This document shows positions 6,062-14,780 of a stretch of 64,000 nucleotides of DNA, in pieces (the first letter of the stretch is position 1; each line of letters opens with the position of its first letter). The notes below the pieces were generated by a model. That model did not search any database. It was given only the letters and a program-made list of their open reading frames with translations, and was not told the origin of the DNA. The stretch is from a virus. A program made the position numbers and the translations under genes. The stretch is from positions 1 to 64,000 of IMG/VR virus record IMGVR_UViG_3300028569_002801; one strand, written 5' to 3'.

Positions 6062-6247
6062 TTAGAGTTTCTTAACCTCGTAAACGTGTCCCGAATCTGA
6101 ATTGGTTTGGAAAATCTCTTTCATTTCTTCAGCCTCTTTTTCAGTTTCAAACTCCCAAACCTCAGTATCACTATTTAAAAGTATTACAGGAACTTTCCTA
6201 CTCATAGGGCTTGAATTCATTTTAACGTGTTTAACTATTACGTACAT
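6062..6247 (-). CDS. hypothetical protein
   Basis: 61-aa ORF with TATTTATA upstream. Confidence 0.65.
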   Translation of the reverse strand: MYVIVKHVKMNSSPMSRKVPVILLNSDTEVWEFETEKEAEEMKEIFQTNSDSGHVYEVKKL

Positions 6248-6328
6248 ATCTTTATTTTTTTATAAATATAAGAAATAAAAAACCCCCAGTCAATAAAGAA
6301 AGGGGGGGATTATTAAACATAATTAGTA

Positions 6329-6628
6329 TTATCTACCAATAACTATCTGATCAAAATTAATGTCGTTTGCTCCTTTCATTTTACCTTCAACCTCATCGTA
6401 CATATATGATTTTACAACTGCAGTTACAGATTGTTCCGCTTGTGCAATTTTGGTTTCCATCCAATCCTCAAGTTCATCACCTTCTTCCATTAACTCCCAC
6501 ATTTTATAACATAGTGTTGCCATTGTAAAAAGTTGTTGTTTCGCCATATAAGAACCGTCCTGATTATTTTCCTTAAGGATCTTAACCATTCGTTCCAATT
6601 GTTTTTCTGTTATAATAATTTTGCTCAT
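6329..6628 (-). CDS. hypothetical protein with shared N-terminal motif
   Basis: MSKIIITEKQLERMVKILKE; followed by a terminator-like hairpin at about 6277-6308. Confidence 0.75.
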   Translation of the reverse strand: MSKIIITEKQLERMVKILKENNQDGSYMAKQQLFTMATLCYKMWELMEEGDELEDWMETKIAQAEQSVTAVVKSYMYDEVEGKMKGANDINFDQIVIGR

Positions 6629-7449
6629 TAGTAAGTTATATTAGTACATTTTTTAGCCTCACATGCTTTTATTGCTTTAGAATTACAATATTTCATATCT
6701 TTATTTGGTCCAGGCATACAATTTAAAGATTTAGGACATTCAATTATGCGTTTATATCCTTGTGTTGTGTCGTTTGTTCTTATATGCCATGTACATCCCT
6801 CAACAAACCCATCTTTATCTAAATTAATATTGTCTTTCAGATCTGTATCATCTTTTTGTCCAACCCCAATACACTTATTAAATTTATTATAATCAGGAAC
6901 AGGAACCATTATAATGTGATCGTAAACACATTTTTTTAATGTATCACAATTAACATCATCTAACATTTTTTTAGGGTCATCAAACTTTAAATCATTGTCT
7001 TGTTTTTGATTATTATCATCATCACATTTACAATCAGGTAAATCAATACATCCTTCTTCTTGTAATGACATTAAAGTGTTGTAACCAACTTTACCGTCAA
7101 CAGTCAATTTGTTATCTTTTTGAAACTCTTTTACTGCATCTCTTGTATGTTGTCTAAATTTTCCATCACAACTATTTTTATCTTTTGCACAACCGGTGTT
7201 CATTCCACCACCTTCGTACTTTGCATTGTAACCACATTTAGCAAGTGCGTGTTGTATTTCTTTAACCGCATCGCCATTTGATCCGTATGCTGCCATTTTT
7301 CTTTTACAAATAATTTCACATAAATCATCACCTTCTTGAATTATTCCTCCTTCGTAAATTTCATTAAGATGTTGTGTTCTTGTTGCATAAGTATGCATTC
7401 CAATAATACGTTTTCTTTCTTGTTCGGTAATCAAAAAACTTTTATTCAT
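6628..7449 (-). CDS. peptidoglycan-binding-domain, Cys-rich protein
   Basis: GSNGDAVKEIQHALAKCGY...DGKF...TRDAVKEFQKDNKLTVDGKVGYNT matches the PG_binding_1 pattern. Confidence 0.8.
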   Translation of the reverse strand: MNKSFLITEQERKRIIGMHTYATRTQHLNEIYEGGIIQEGDDLCEIICKRKMAAYGSNGDAVKEIQHALAKCGYNAKYEGGGMNTGCAKDKNSCDGKFRQHTRDAVKEFQKDNKLTVDGKVGYNTLMSLQEEGCIDLPDCKCDDDNNQKQDNDLKFDDPKKMLDDVNCDTLKKCVYDHIIMVPVPDYNKFNKCIGVGQKDDTDLKDNINLDKDGFVEGCTWHIRTNDTTQGYKRIIECPKSLNCMPGPNKDMKYCNSKAIKACEAKKCTNITY

Positions 7450-7460
7450 CTAATATAGTA

Positions 7461-7943
7461 TTAAGCGGATTTAACGGTTTCTAAAAACCCCTGATTTATT
7501 CCTTTCAGTTGGGATATCGCTTCAGAGTATGCTTTCATACCTTCATTTAATTTTTCCATTCTATTTTCAATATCTTCTCCTCGTCTTGTTGTTCCTAATT
7601 TTTCAACTCTTTTTTCAACTTTTTCTTTGTTTGCTTCATCATATAAAAGCGACAAATCGTTTTCCATTTCAGTTAATTCATTTTGCATTGAGTTTGCTCT
7701 GTTTCTAACTCTACTATATGCCGCCTCAAGTGCAGGATTTAATTGGGATCCTCCAGCAAATGTTGATCCAAGATTTTGTCCAAACGTTTTAAATCGACTA
7801 AAGAACCCTGCAGCGTTTGCCTTTAATCTATCCCACCATCCTTCATTTAATGGTTCAATTCTTTGTTTACTTTCTTGAATAAATCTTTTTTCTGCAATTT
7901 TATTCAATTCTTGCATTTGTCTAATTTTTGTGTAACTTTTCAT
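7461..7943 (-). CDS. hypothetical coiled-coil protein
   Basis: LNEGWWDRLKA motif then helical region. Confidence 0.75.
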   Translation of the reverse strand: MKSYTKIRQMQELNKIAEKRFIQESKQRIEPLNEGWWDRLKANAAGFFSRFKTFGQNLGSTFAGGSQLNPALEAAYSRVRNRANSMQNELTEMENDLSLLYDEANKEKVEKRVEKLGTTRRGEDIENRMEKLNEGMKAYSEAISQLKGINQGFLETVKSA

Positions 7944-7983
7944 TTTTACTTTTTTAATATAAATAGTTTATTGTTTTATAAAT

Positions 7984-8352
7984 TTACCATGATTTACATG
8001 CCCAATATCTTGGTTTCCATCTTGGTCCAGGAGTATCGCAGTTCATTCTTGCCCTAAACGATTTTCTACGTTCAGGATTATTCTTTTTTATAACCATTCG
8101 TTTACCATGTGCTGATTTACCACCAAACCCAAAGTTTACTTTAACAACCTTTCCTTTGTCGTTTTTAACGTACACCTTGAACTTTTTAATGTCTCCTTGC
8201 ATAATCTTACCAAGTTGAATATTTCTTCCCTGATACTCAGCCTCGTTTAAAAAATTAACTTCTTCAACCGATCCAAATATGTCCTCATAGATTAAAGAAT
8301 CATTAATAAATTCTTCGTTTAATACTTTTTTTATGATTTGGTTAATGTTCAT
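7984..8352 (-). CDS. conserved phage protein (KVNFG...RRKSFRAR.NC...RYWAC..W family)
   Basis: Basic C-terminal domain recurrent in large phages; function unknown. Confidence 0.75.
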   Translation of the reverse strand: MNINQIIKKVLNEEFINDSLIYEDIFGSVEEVNFLNEAEYQGRNIQLGKIMQGDIKKFKVYVKNDKGKVVKVNFGFGGKSAHGKRMVIKKNNPERRKSFRARMNCDTPGPRWKPRYWACKSW

Positions 8353-8355
8353 ATT

Positions 8356-9735
8356 TTATAAATATGGTTTAATAAATTTATCGAATCTAGTATCAGGAGC
8401 GTCAGGGTTACCGGCTTTCAATGCTAACTTGAAGAATTCGTCATTTGGGTCAATTTGTTTACTTGGGAAGATACCTTTTGGATCATACTCTTTATTTACT
8501 TGTTGTTGTAAAACTTTTGTAATTTTATTATTTGTGTCCCAATATATTTTCCACCTAACAACAGGTCTAACGTATGGTTGACCATTTACGTTCATTTGAT
8601 ATTTAATCTCGTAACTAGACATGTGTGAGTCTGCCGATTTTTTATCTTTGTCTACCTGAAGTTGTACCTGACCACACGAATCAAAGGTGTTTGCTTGTGC
8701 TCCAGCATTTAATGAGTTTTTACCGTTACAGAAATAAGCGCCGGTTAATACAAACCCATCTCTACCTAATTTTTTGAACTCATCAATATTATTTGGTATT
8801 TTACCTCCAATTGGGTCTTTTGGTGTATTATCTGTTGAGCTACTTGATGCCGTTGCACATACATCCATTTCTACTATTACGACTTGTCCCGGATTTTTGT
8901 ATTTTGACGTGTCTCTTGTCGAGTCGATGTTACCTCCTGTATCAACAGTATAACCAACAACTTGTGCAGTCACATTTGGTCCAAAATTTAATTTTATTGC
9001 CGGTAACTGTTTTTGTAGTTCAGCATATAAACCATTGGCTCTTTGAACCGCAAGTTCCTTGTTTTTAAGTCCGTCTGATGCACTATAAGAAACATTATCA
9101 GGATATGGTTGAACATTATAATTATTGTCCATTTCAGGTTTTATAACCTTAGAATACTTGTTACTTGCCCCACCTATAAGTTTAATTCCAGCAATGTACG
9201 CCTTACCCGCAGCATAGTCTTTACTAACTGCCGGATTATTTTGTAATTCAGCTTTAACTTTATTAATAAAATTTGTAATGTTTGCAGGATTTGACGTTAC
9301 TTTGGCAGCAAAACTACCTATCACAGTTATCTTCGTACAATTAGCACCAAGAGCTGAAGGTGATACACCATCAATAATTGTTTGTCCTCCTGCGGTTACT
9401 CCACTATCCATACCACCACTTGTCGATTGTTGTGTTCCTAAATTTTGTTGTGTGGTACCACCACCTGTACCTGTTGAACAACCTGCAGGTTCTCCAAAGA
9501 CTCTTGTACAAATAGCCTCAATTCCTTTTGGGTTAGTTTGTTCTCTCCAATTAGGCGTTAATCCTTCTGATTTAGATGCGTAATAATATTTATTACCTTC
9601 TTTTTTATATTGATAAGGGTCACCCTTTCCTCCTTGCTTAACTTCTTGTTCTGAAAGAACTTGTTTTATTGCTTGTTTATGTAAACCTAAAATTCTATTT
9701 TTTTCACTTTCAGTGATTATAAACTTATTTCTCAT
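8356..9735 (-). CDS. hypothetical virion-associated protein
   Basis: N-terminal ITESEKNRILGLH...VLSEQ motif; central GGAS...NKELAVQRA resembles an OmpA-like segment (weak). Confidence 0.7.
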   Translation of the reverse strand: MRNKFIITESEKNRILGLHKQAIKQVLSEQEVKQGGKGDPYQYKKEGNKYYYASKSEGLTPNWREQTNPKGIEAICTRVFGEPAGCSTGTGGGTTQQNLGTQQSTSGGMDSGVTAGGQTIIDGVSPSALGANCTKITVIGSFAAKVTSNPANITNFINKVKAELQNNPAVSKDYAAGKAYIAGIKLIGGASNKYSKVIKPEMDNNYNVQPYPDNVSYSASDGLKNKELAVQRANGLYAELQKQLPAIKLNFGPNVTAQVVGYTVDTGGNIDSTRDTSKYKNPGQVVIVEMDVCATASSSSTDNTPKDPIGGKIPNNIDEFKKLGRDGFVLTGAYFCNGKNSLNAGAQANTFDSCGQVQLQVDKDKKSADSHMSSYEIKYQMNVNGQPYVRPVVRWKIYWDTNNKITKVLQQQVNKEYDPKGIFPSKQIDPNDEFFKLALKAGNPDAPDTRFDKFIKPYL

Positions 9736-9763
9736 GATGTTTTTTTAATAAATATCACATAAA

Positions 9764-9792
9764 TAAAAAAAGGTGAGATTTCTCTCACCTTT
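9764..9792 (-). terminator. intrinsic terminator
   Basis: AGGTGAGA-GAAA-TCTCACCT plus T tract. Confidence 0.8.
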
Positions 9793-9854
9793 CAGGGCCG
9801 AAACGGATTATGTTTCGAACTACCACCACTTTGTTTTAAAGAGAAACAAAGAAA

Positions 9855-10121
9855 CTACCCCTCTAACTTGGATTTTGCAACCACCATTTCAGCCATGGAC
9901 ACCTCCTTTGCTAGACCGATTACCATACACTCCTTTAACATTTGTGCCGGTACGTGAATCAAAAAGTCTTTCCCGTTAAACGTTGAAAGGTTATCACCTA
10001 ACTCTATGGATGCGTGTATCATTTTTAAAAACAATTTGAACTGTACGTCATCCATAAATGTCTCATTCAAAACTTCCCCGTATTTAGGGTGAACAATCGT
10101 TACGTGTTTTAGTGTTGCCAT
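9855..10121 (-). CDS. hypothetical protein
   Basis: 88-aa ORF. Confidence 0.7.
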   Translation of the reverse strand: MATLKHVTIVHPKYGEVLNETFMDDVQFKLFLKMIHASIELGDNLSTFNGKDFLIHVPAQMLKECMVIGLAKEVSMAEMVVAKSKLEG

Positions 10122-10162
10122 ATCTTTGATTTATGTAAATGTAATACCTTTTTTTTAAATTA

Positions 10163-10582
10163 TCAAATTTCTTTGTACTCAATTTTTGAAATAACTATAT
10201 TCATTTCACGGTTATCAATTCCAAAATATTTTAGTTCTTGTGTTACTGCACCTAAAATAGCGTTTCTGTAGTATTTGTTGTGTGTTTTAGCGTTTCGTTG
10301 ACAATAACGGTTACTTCCATAATAAAAGTATTCTCCCTGAGATCTCATATCAACAATGACATCAATTTCGTATACGTATTTTTCTTTATTTTCTAACCAT
10401 TGTGTATGTCTGTGTGAATACTTTCTAACTGATTTAATTTTAATCACTGAGTTATTTAGATCACTATCCAAATAATACCCATCATTTTGTAATGGTCTAA
10501 TTAACATATTTTTAGTTAGTTTTTTAACAGACTTAATGTGTGTGTCTGAGATTGCCTTTCCTATTTTGTCCCCGTTTTCCAT
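10163..10582 (-). CDS. hypothetical protein
   Basis: 139-aa ORF; TATCTTTG 4 nt upstream of ATG. Confidence 0.7.
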   Translation of the reverse strand: MENGDKIGKAISDTHIKSVKKLTKNMLIRPLQNDGYYLDSDLNNSVIKIKSVRKYSHRHTQWLENKEKYVYEIDVIVDMRSQGEYFYYGSNRYCQRNAKTHNKYYRNAILGAVTQELKYFGIDNREMNIVISKIEYKEI

Positions 10583-10614
10583 ACATCAAAGATAGAAAAA
10601 AAAATTTAATGCAC

Positions 10615-10647
10615 AAAAAAATGGATACAAATATTATCTGTATCCAT
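10615..10647 (-). terminator. intrinsic terminator downstream of the large ncRNA
   Basis: ATGGATACAGAT-AAT-ATTTGTATCCAT plus T tract. Confidence 0.75.
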
Positions 10648-10687
10648 CAATTTTTTTCCTTATAAGATTTTAAACCTAAAAATAAAA

Positions 10688-11615
10688 ACCTGAGATTACA
10701 GTTTTTGTTGAGAATCTTTAGAGTCATTATTGTTTCTACTCTTATCCACCATCTTTTGAATGGTATTTCTCAGTGACGATTATTTAGGTGAATCACTCCT
10801 TGAGGTACTAGCTACTCTCTCATTACTCAACTCTCTTCGAGACTGCCGTCCCAACTCTTCCTTGCGGGAATAGAGGTTTTTGGTAAGAATATCGTTAAAC
10901 TTGCGGTTTAAACGATGCAATGAACGGCTCATTACTATGTAGTCACCTTTCACTATTACCTGACGAACACTTTTGCTTTTTAGTTTTAGTTTTACCTTTT
11001 CCATAAAAGTTTTTGTGTTGTGGATTGACCAAAGCAGTGGTCCGTCTTTCAGATTCGTTGTCTTTTGAACAACGAAATACCAAACTGCTTCGTGAAATGT
11101 CCCCATCTCAATATTTCAAGACTACTTCGAGATTTAACCTTTGGTAAGGTTCAATCAAGGTTAGTAACAACACCACTTGTACACCAACATACCTTTCGGT
11201 TTTAAGTATCCTATCATAATGGAACACGCAATAATAAAATTGGATAACCTTATTTTTTGCAATATCCCTACGAGTTATTCCTATTGATGTTCCCATCTCA
11301 AACTGACAACCCACATTGCCAATTCATCTAACCACTTTCCCTACAGCGTTGCCCTCGGTACTAAAGATTAAACGGTATCCCGCTTGTGTACTCAATCTCA
11401 ACAAGTCCGAAGACTCACCAAGACGCAAACCCATTACACGTTAGGTTCACTTTATCCTACTTTCGTAGTTTATTTTAATGGACCATACACGGCCCAATGA
11501 CTTAATTTAGTTTCACTCTTAAAGTAAGGGAGGTGTTAAGTCTCTCTTTTAAATGTGACGACTGTTTCGGTCGGATTTAGATTTTCAAAGAACGTTTCAG
11601 GACTTTTCCTGATTT
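10688..11615 (-). ncRNA. large ornate ncRNA, GOLLD-like candidate
   Basis: ~0.9 kb without a credible ORF, GC above background, many GNRA/UUCG hairpins, long-range CTGAGA/TCTCAG pair, own promoter, boxA and terminator. Confidence 0.7.
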
Positions 11616-11629
11616 GTTTTACAAAGTTA
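11582..11629 (-). promoter_or_regulatory. Bacteroidota-type promoter (-7 TAACTTTG), 5' hairpin and boxA-like GTTCTTTGAAAA
   Basis: TAACTTTG at 11622-11629, TTG upstream, GTTCTTTGAAAA at 11582-11593. Confidence 0.65.
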
Positions 11630-11671
11630 AGTCTTTTTTTTTATTTAGACAAGTACTTTATGAACTTTTTT

Positions 11672-11818
11672 TTAAACTTTTTCTACGTACACCTCGTGTG
11701 TTCCGTATTTGTTAGCTTGATCAGTAGCAAACTCACCGTTAGGTGTGTAAAACTTCTCCCCTTTTGCTCCGTAGTAGTAGTACATTACGTTCTCAACCAC
11801 TTCAGTGTTTTCACCCAT
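11672..11818 (-). CDS. small hypothetical protein, 48 aa (not in ORF track)
   Basis: MGENTEVVENVMYYYYGAKGEKFYTPNGEFATDQANKYGTHEVYVEKV; A-rich leader; TAGATTTG promoter at 11880-11887. Confidence 0.6.
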   Translation of the reverse strand: MGENTEVVENVMYYYYGAKGEKFYTPNGEFATDQANKYGTHEVYVEKV

Positions 11819-12025
11819 TTTTTTTGAGTTTAAAGGTTAATATTTCAATTTATTGTTAGGACGTTTCCTAATTGTTTTACAAATCTAATTATATTAAATT
11901 GTTTTGTCAAATATTTAAATGAAAAAAATTGATTTTTTACGGAAGTAAATATAAATATAACTATGTACACCAAAAGTTACTTTAAAATACAAATTTTTTA
12001 TTCTTTTTAATTGTATTTATACTAT

Positions 12026-12382
12026 ATGAATATTTTTATACACGATAATCAATTTAGATGTAAGGTTTGCGTAACCCCTCAATCTGTTCAAGAAGGAATG
12101 AAACACAAAACATTCAACATGAATTTTAATGGTATGTTTTTTATTATGCCAAGTAATGGAAAACAAAGTTTTTGGATGTATGAGTGTATTGAAATGTTAG
12201 ATATAATATTCATAGATAATGATACTATAACAGAAGTACACCATAACTGTTTACCTTGTGATGATGAATATGCTTGTGAACAATATGGGGGGGTTGGTGA
12301 TAAGGTACTAGAAGTTGCTGGTGGTACTTGTCAAAAATTAGATATTAAAAAAGGTGACAAAATAAAAATGTCAATGTATTAA
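12026..12382 (+). CDS. DUF192 family protein
   Basis: GM.F......SFWM....LDIIFID...VLEVAGG...IKKGD; ATG at 12026 after TATTTATA. Confidence 0.85.
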   Translation: MNIFIHDNQFRCKVCVTPQSVQEGMKHKTFNMNFNGMFFIMPSNGKQSFWMYECIEMLDIIFIDNDTITEVHHNCLPCDDEYACEQYGGVGDKVLEVAGGTCQKLDIKKGDKIKMSMY

Positions 12383-12567
12383 TCGTTTTCATACTTCCAA
12401 ACCATATTTGTTGTGTAAGGTTTAAGAGTGAACCCATTATCTTTAATTAAGTTAATGTATTCAGTATCATTATTTGGTGTATCCACTTCCTCAACAATAA
12501 TATATTTTTGTTTTAAATATCTTTGTTCTAAAATTATGTTTACATTTTTAATAGTGCTTTTTTTCAT
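12379..12567 (-). CDS. hypothetical protein
   Basis: 62-aa ORF, TATTTAT upstream. Confidence 0.5.
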   Translation of the reverse strand: MKKSTIKNVNIILEQRYLKQKYIIVEEVDTPNNDTEYINLIKDNGFTLKPYTTNMVWKYEND

Positions 12568-12603
12568 ATATAATAAATACCATTAAAAACAAAAAATCCA
12601 AAA

Positions 12604-13455
12604 TTACTCTTGGATTTCCTCTGATACTGCCTGTAAGTTTTTAAAATACTCAACTCTTGTTTTTGCTACCTCAACATAGTTTGGTGATAGTTCAATACCC
12701 AACCAACGTCTTCCTAATATTTCCGCAGCAACTAAACTAGTTCCTGAACCAGCAAATGGATCTAAAATTATATCGTTTTTGTAGGACAATATTTTAATCG
12801 CCTTAGTTGGGATGTCCATTGAGAACGTTGCCTTGGTGAGTGATTTAGTATCTGCAAAGTAATTCCACTGACCAAAAACAAGTTCCATAAATTCCTTCTT
12901 ATCTTGTTCTTCATATACCACTTTCTTTTTTATGGTTCCATCCTCCTGTTCAATTTCAGTTGGTGTCCCTTTCCATTGTGGTTCTCCTTTAACTTTTTTG
13001 ATGTGTAATTTTTTATATGCCAAAATAACACATTCTTTTGGGTTATAAATATACGGGCTTGACGGGCTCATCCAAGATCCCCAAGCGGTTGTCTTACTAC
13101 GATGAGGTGATTGTTCTTCTAAATCTACAATCCCAAAGAACCCAAACCCAATTTCTTTCATTATTTGATACATCTCAGAAACAAAGAAAATTCTTCCTCC
13201 CTTCTTTTGTCTGTTGATTTCATATGGTATGTTTAACGCGATACGTCCGTCATCTTTCAAAACATTATACGCTTCTGTTAACCAATTTTTAGCAAACACC
13301 AAATACTCATCAAATGGTGCATCATCTTCGTGAACATCATAAGCAATACCAACACCATATGGTGGTGATGTAACAATCAAGTCAACACAACCTTCAGGTA
13401 ATGTTTTCATCACCTCAATACAGTCCCCATTTATTATTTTTCCTGTTTCTATCAT
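12604..13455 (-). CDS. DNA methyltransferase, N6A/N4C beta class
   Basis: TSPPY precedes DPFAGSGT; start reassigned to MIETGK, overlapping the upstream stop. Confidence 0.92.
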   Translation of the reverse strand: MIETGKIINGDCIEVMKTLPEGCVDLIVTSPPYGVGIAYDVHEDDAPFDEYLVFAKNWLTEAYNVLKDDGRIALNIPYEINRQKKGGRIFFVSEMYQIMKEIGFGFFGIVDLEEQSPHRSKTTAWGSWMSPSSPYIYNPKECVILAYKKLHIKKVKGEPQWKGTPTEIEQEDGTIKKKVVYEEQDKKEFMELVFGQWNYFADTKSLTKATFSMDIPTKAIKILSYKNDIILDPFAGSGTSLVAAEILGRRWLGIELSPNYVEVAKTRVEYFKNLQAVSEEIQE

Positions 13456-13676
13456 TTTTTCTCTAATGTTTCTATATGGTGTTGTAGATACCATAATGCT
13501 TTTTTTAAGTCCTCTAACTCTTTTTCTTTATTTTTTTTACCGGCTCTTGATATGTACTTAACAGTATTACCAAGTGAGAACCCTAAGTCCCAATTATCTA
13601 TCACCTTGATTGCTTCGTATGGGTTTGATTCTCCCCCATAATGTTCTGGGTGGTTTACTTGTTCATTTGTTTTCAT
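13452..13676 (-). CDS. DUF3310 (SaV-like) protein
   Basis: VNHPEHY...EAI.VI...FSLGNTVKYISRAGKK...EDLKKALWYL. Confidence 0.88.
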   Translation of the reverse strand: MKTNEQVNHPEHYGGESNPYEAIKVIDNWDLGFSLGNTVKYISRAGKKNKEKELEDLKKALWYLQHHIETLEKK

Positions 13677-13956
13677 TTATATAATTTAGTATTTCTTCCT
13701 CCGTTTTACCTTGATTAAACATTCTATAAACTTCTCTTGAGAACTCGTCGGTTGTAAATACCGCATCAGCATCAAGATATTTCATTATCCAATCAATGTT
13801 TTGAATAATATGTTTTTTACTTAGAAACCTCTTGAGAATCCCATTTTTTTGATTTTTAATTTCCAACATCATTTTTCTGATTTGTTTACCTAAATCCATA
13901 TCATTTGGATTTTCTTTTACTAATTGTTCTAAAACTGTTAATTTAATATCTTCCAT
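13663..13956 (-). CDS. hypothetical protein
   Basis: 97-aa ORF, PNDMDLGKQIR motif. Confidence 0.6.
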   Translation of the reverse strand: MEDIKLTVLEQLVKENPNDMDLGKQIRKMMLEIKNQKNGILKRFLSKKHIIQNIDWIMKYLDADAVFTTDEFSREVYRMFNQGKTEEEILNYINENK

Positions 13957-13981
13957 AATTTTTTATTAAAAAAGTAATAAA

Positions 13982-14734
13982 TTAAATCTTACCTGTCAAA
14001 TTCTTATGTCTAATAATTTTTGACTGAATCATATAATTCATAATTTTTCTTTTAACCATTGGTAGTAGGGTTTCTCTTAGTGGATAATTATTATTGTGGT
14101 TTACTGTAAACACAATTAATTTTCCGTGTACGTCTTCATCTTGTAAGTTTTTAATTAGTGGGGTTTTAATAGATTTTAATTTTTCATTAAACTCCCCATT
14201 TGGGCATTCACATATCTTTTTAATCTGACATTTTGTTTCTACACTATCCTTTTTAATTTGTTTAATAATAAACTCATATAGATATGTTTTTTCTTTATAG
14301 TCTAAAAAGAAAAGTCCTTGTTTTGGTTCTATATTTTTTGGGTTTTGTACTACTTCTATAGAAACAGTGTAATTAACAATATCCCATATTGCTTTTGCGT
14401 GATTAAAGTAGTCTCGTAAGTTTTCAGTTGAGTATCTACATACGTGGTAAACCTCAAGAATCTCATCTTTTGTTAGGATGGGACAGTCTACCGCCACTAA
14501 ATCAGATATTAGTATTTCGTCGTCAGGAGACTTCAATGTTCGATTCGTTGTCAGATATTGTCCCTTTTCAATTAATAAATTGATACTTGCAAGATGTAAG
14601 GATATCTCTTGGAATTGCGGGTATAATTTTAAATTGTTTAGATTTTTATCTAATTTTTGTAGATAATCTAAAAGTACGTATTGCTTATGTTCTAAATCAA
14701 TAGGTTCTTGGAATAACCAATCTGTTTTCATCAA
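13982..14734 (-). CDS. hypothetical protein
   Basis: 250-aa ORF, PIDLEHKQYVLLDYL N-terminus. Confidence 0.75.
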   Translation of the reverse strand: MMKTDWLFQEPIDLEHKQYVLLDYLQKLDKNLNNLKLYPQFQEISLHLASINLLIEKGQYLTTNRTLKSPDDEILISDLVAVDCPILTKDEILEVYHVCRYSTENLRDYFNHAKAIWDIVNYTVSIEVVQNPKNIEPKQGLFFLDYKEKTYLYEFIIKQIKKDSVETKCQIKKICECPNGEFNEKLKSIKTPLIKNLQDEDVHGKLIVFTVNHNNNYPLRETLLPMVKRKIMNYMIQSKIIRHKNLTGKI

Positions 14735-14780
14735 TTTTTTTAAAATAAATGTAAGTGAATTTGTAATAAGTGTAAATAAA

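Noticed and set aside
6260-6270. T4 late promoter TATAAATA
   Set aside because: It occurs on the non-coding strand relative to the downstream genes; the coding-strand motif is TATTTATA
10780-11314. ORFs 10780-11106 and 11108-11314
   Set aside because: Atypical composition, no initiation signals, and they lie inside the hairpin-dense ncRNA candidate
10688-11615. rRNA fragment, group I/II intron, tmRNA or RNase P identity for the large RNA
   Set aside because: No interrupted host gene, and by eye no universal rRNA motifs, tRNA-like ends with tag ORF, or RNase P P4 consensus; a covariance-model search is needed to exclude these formally
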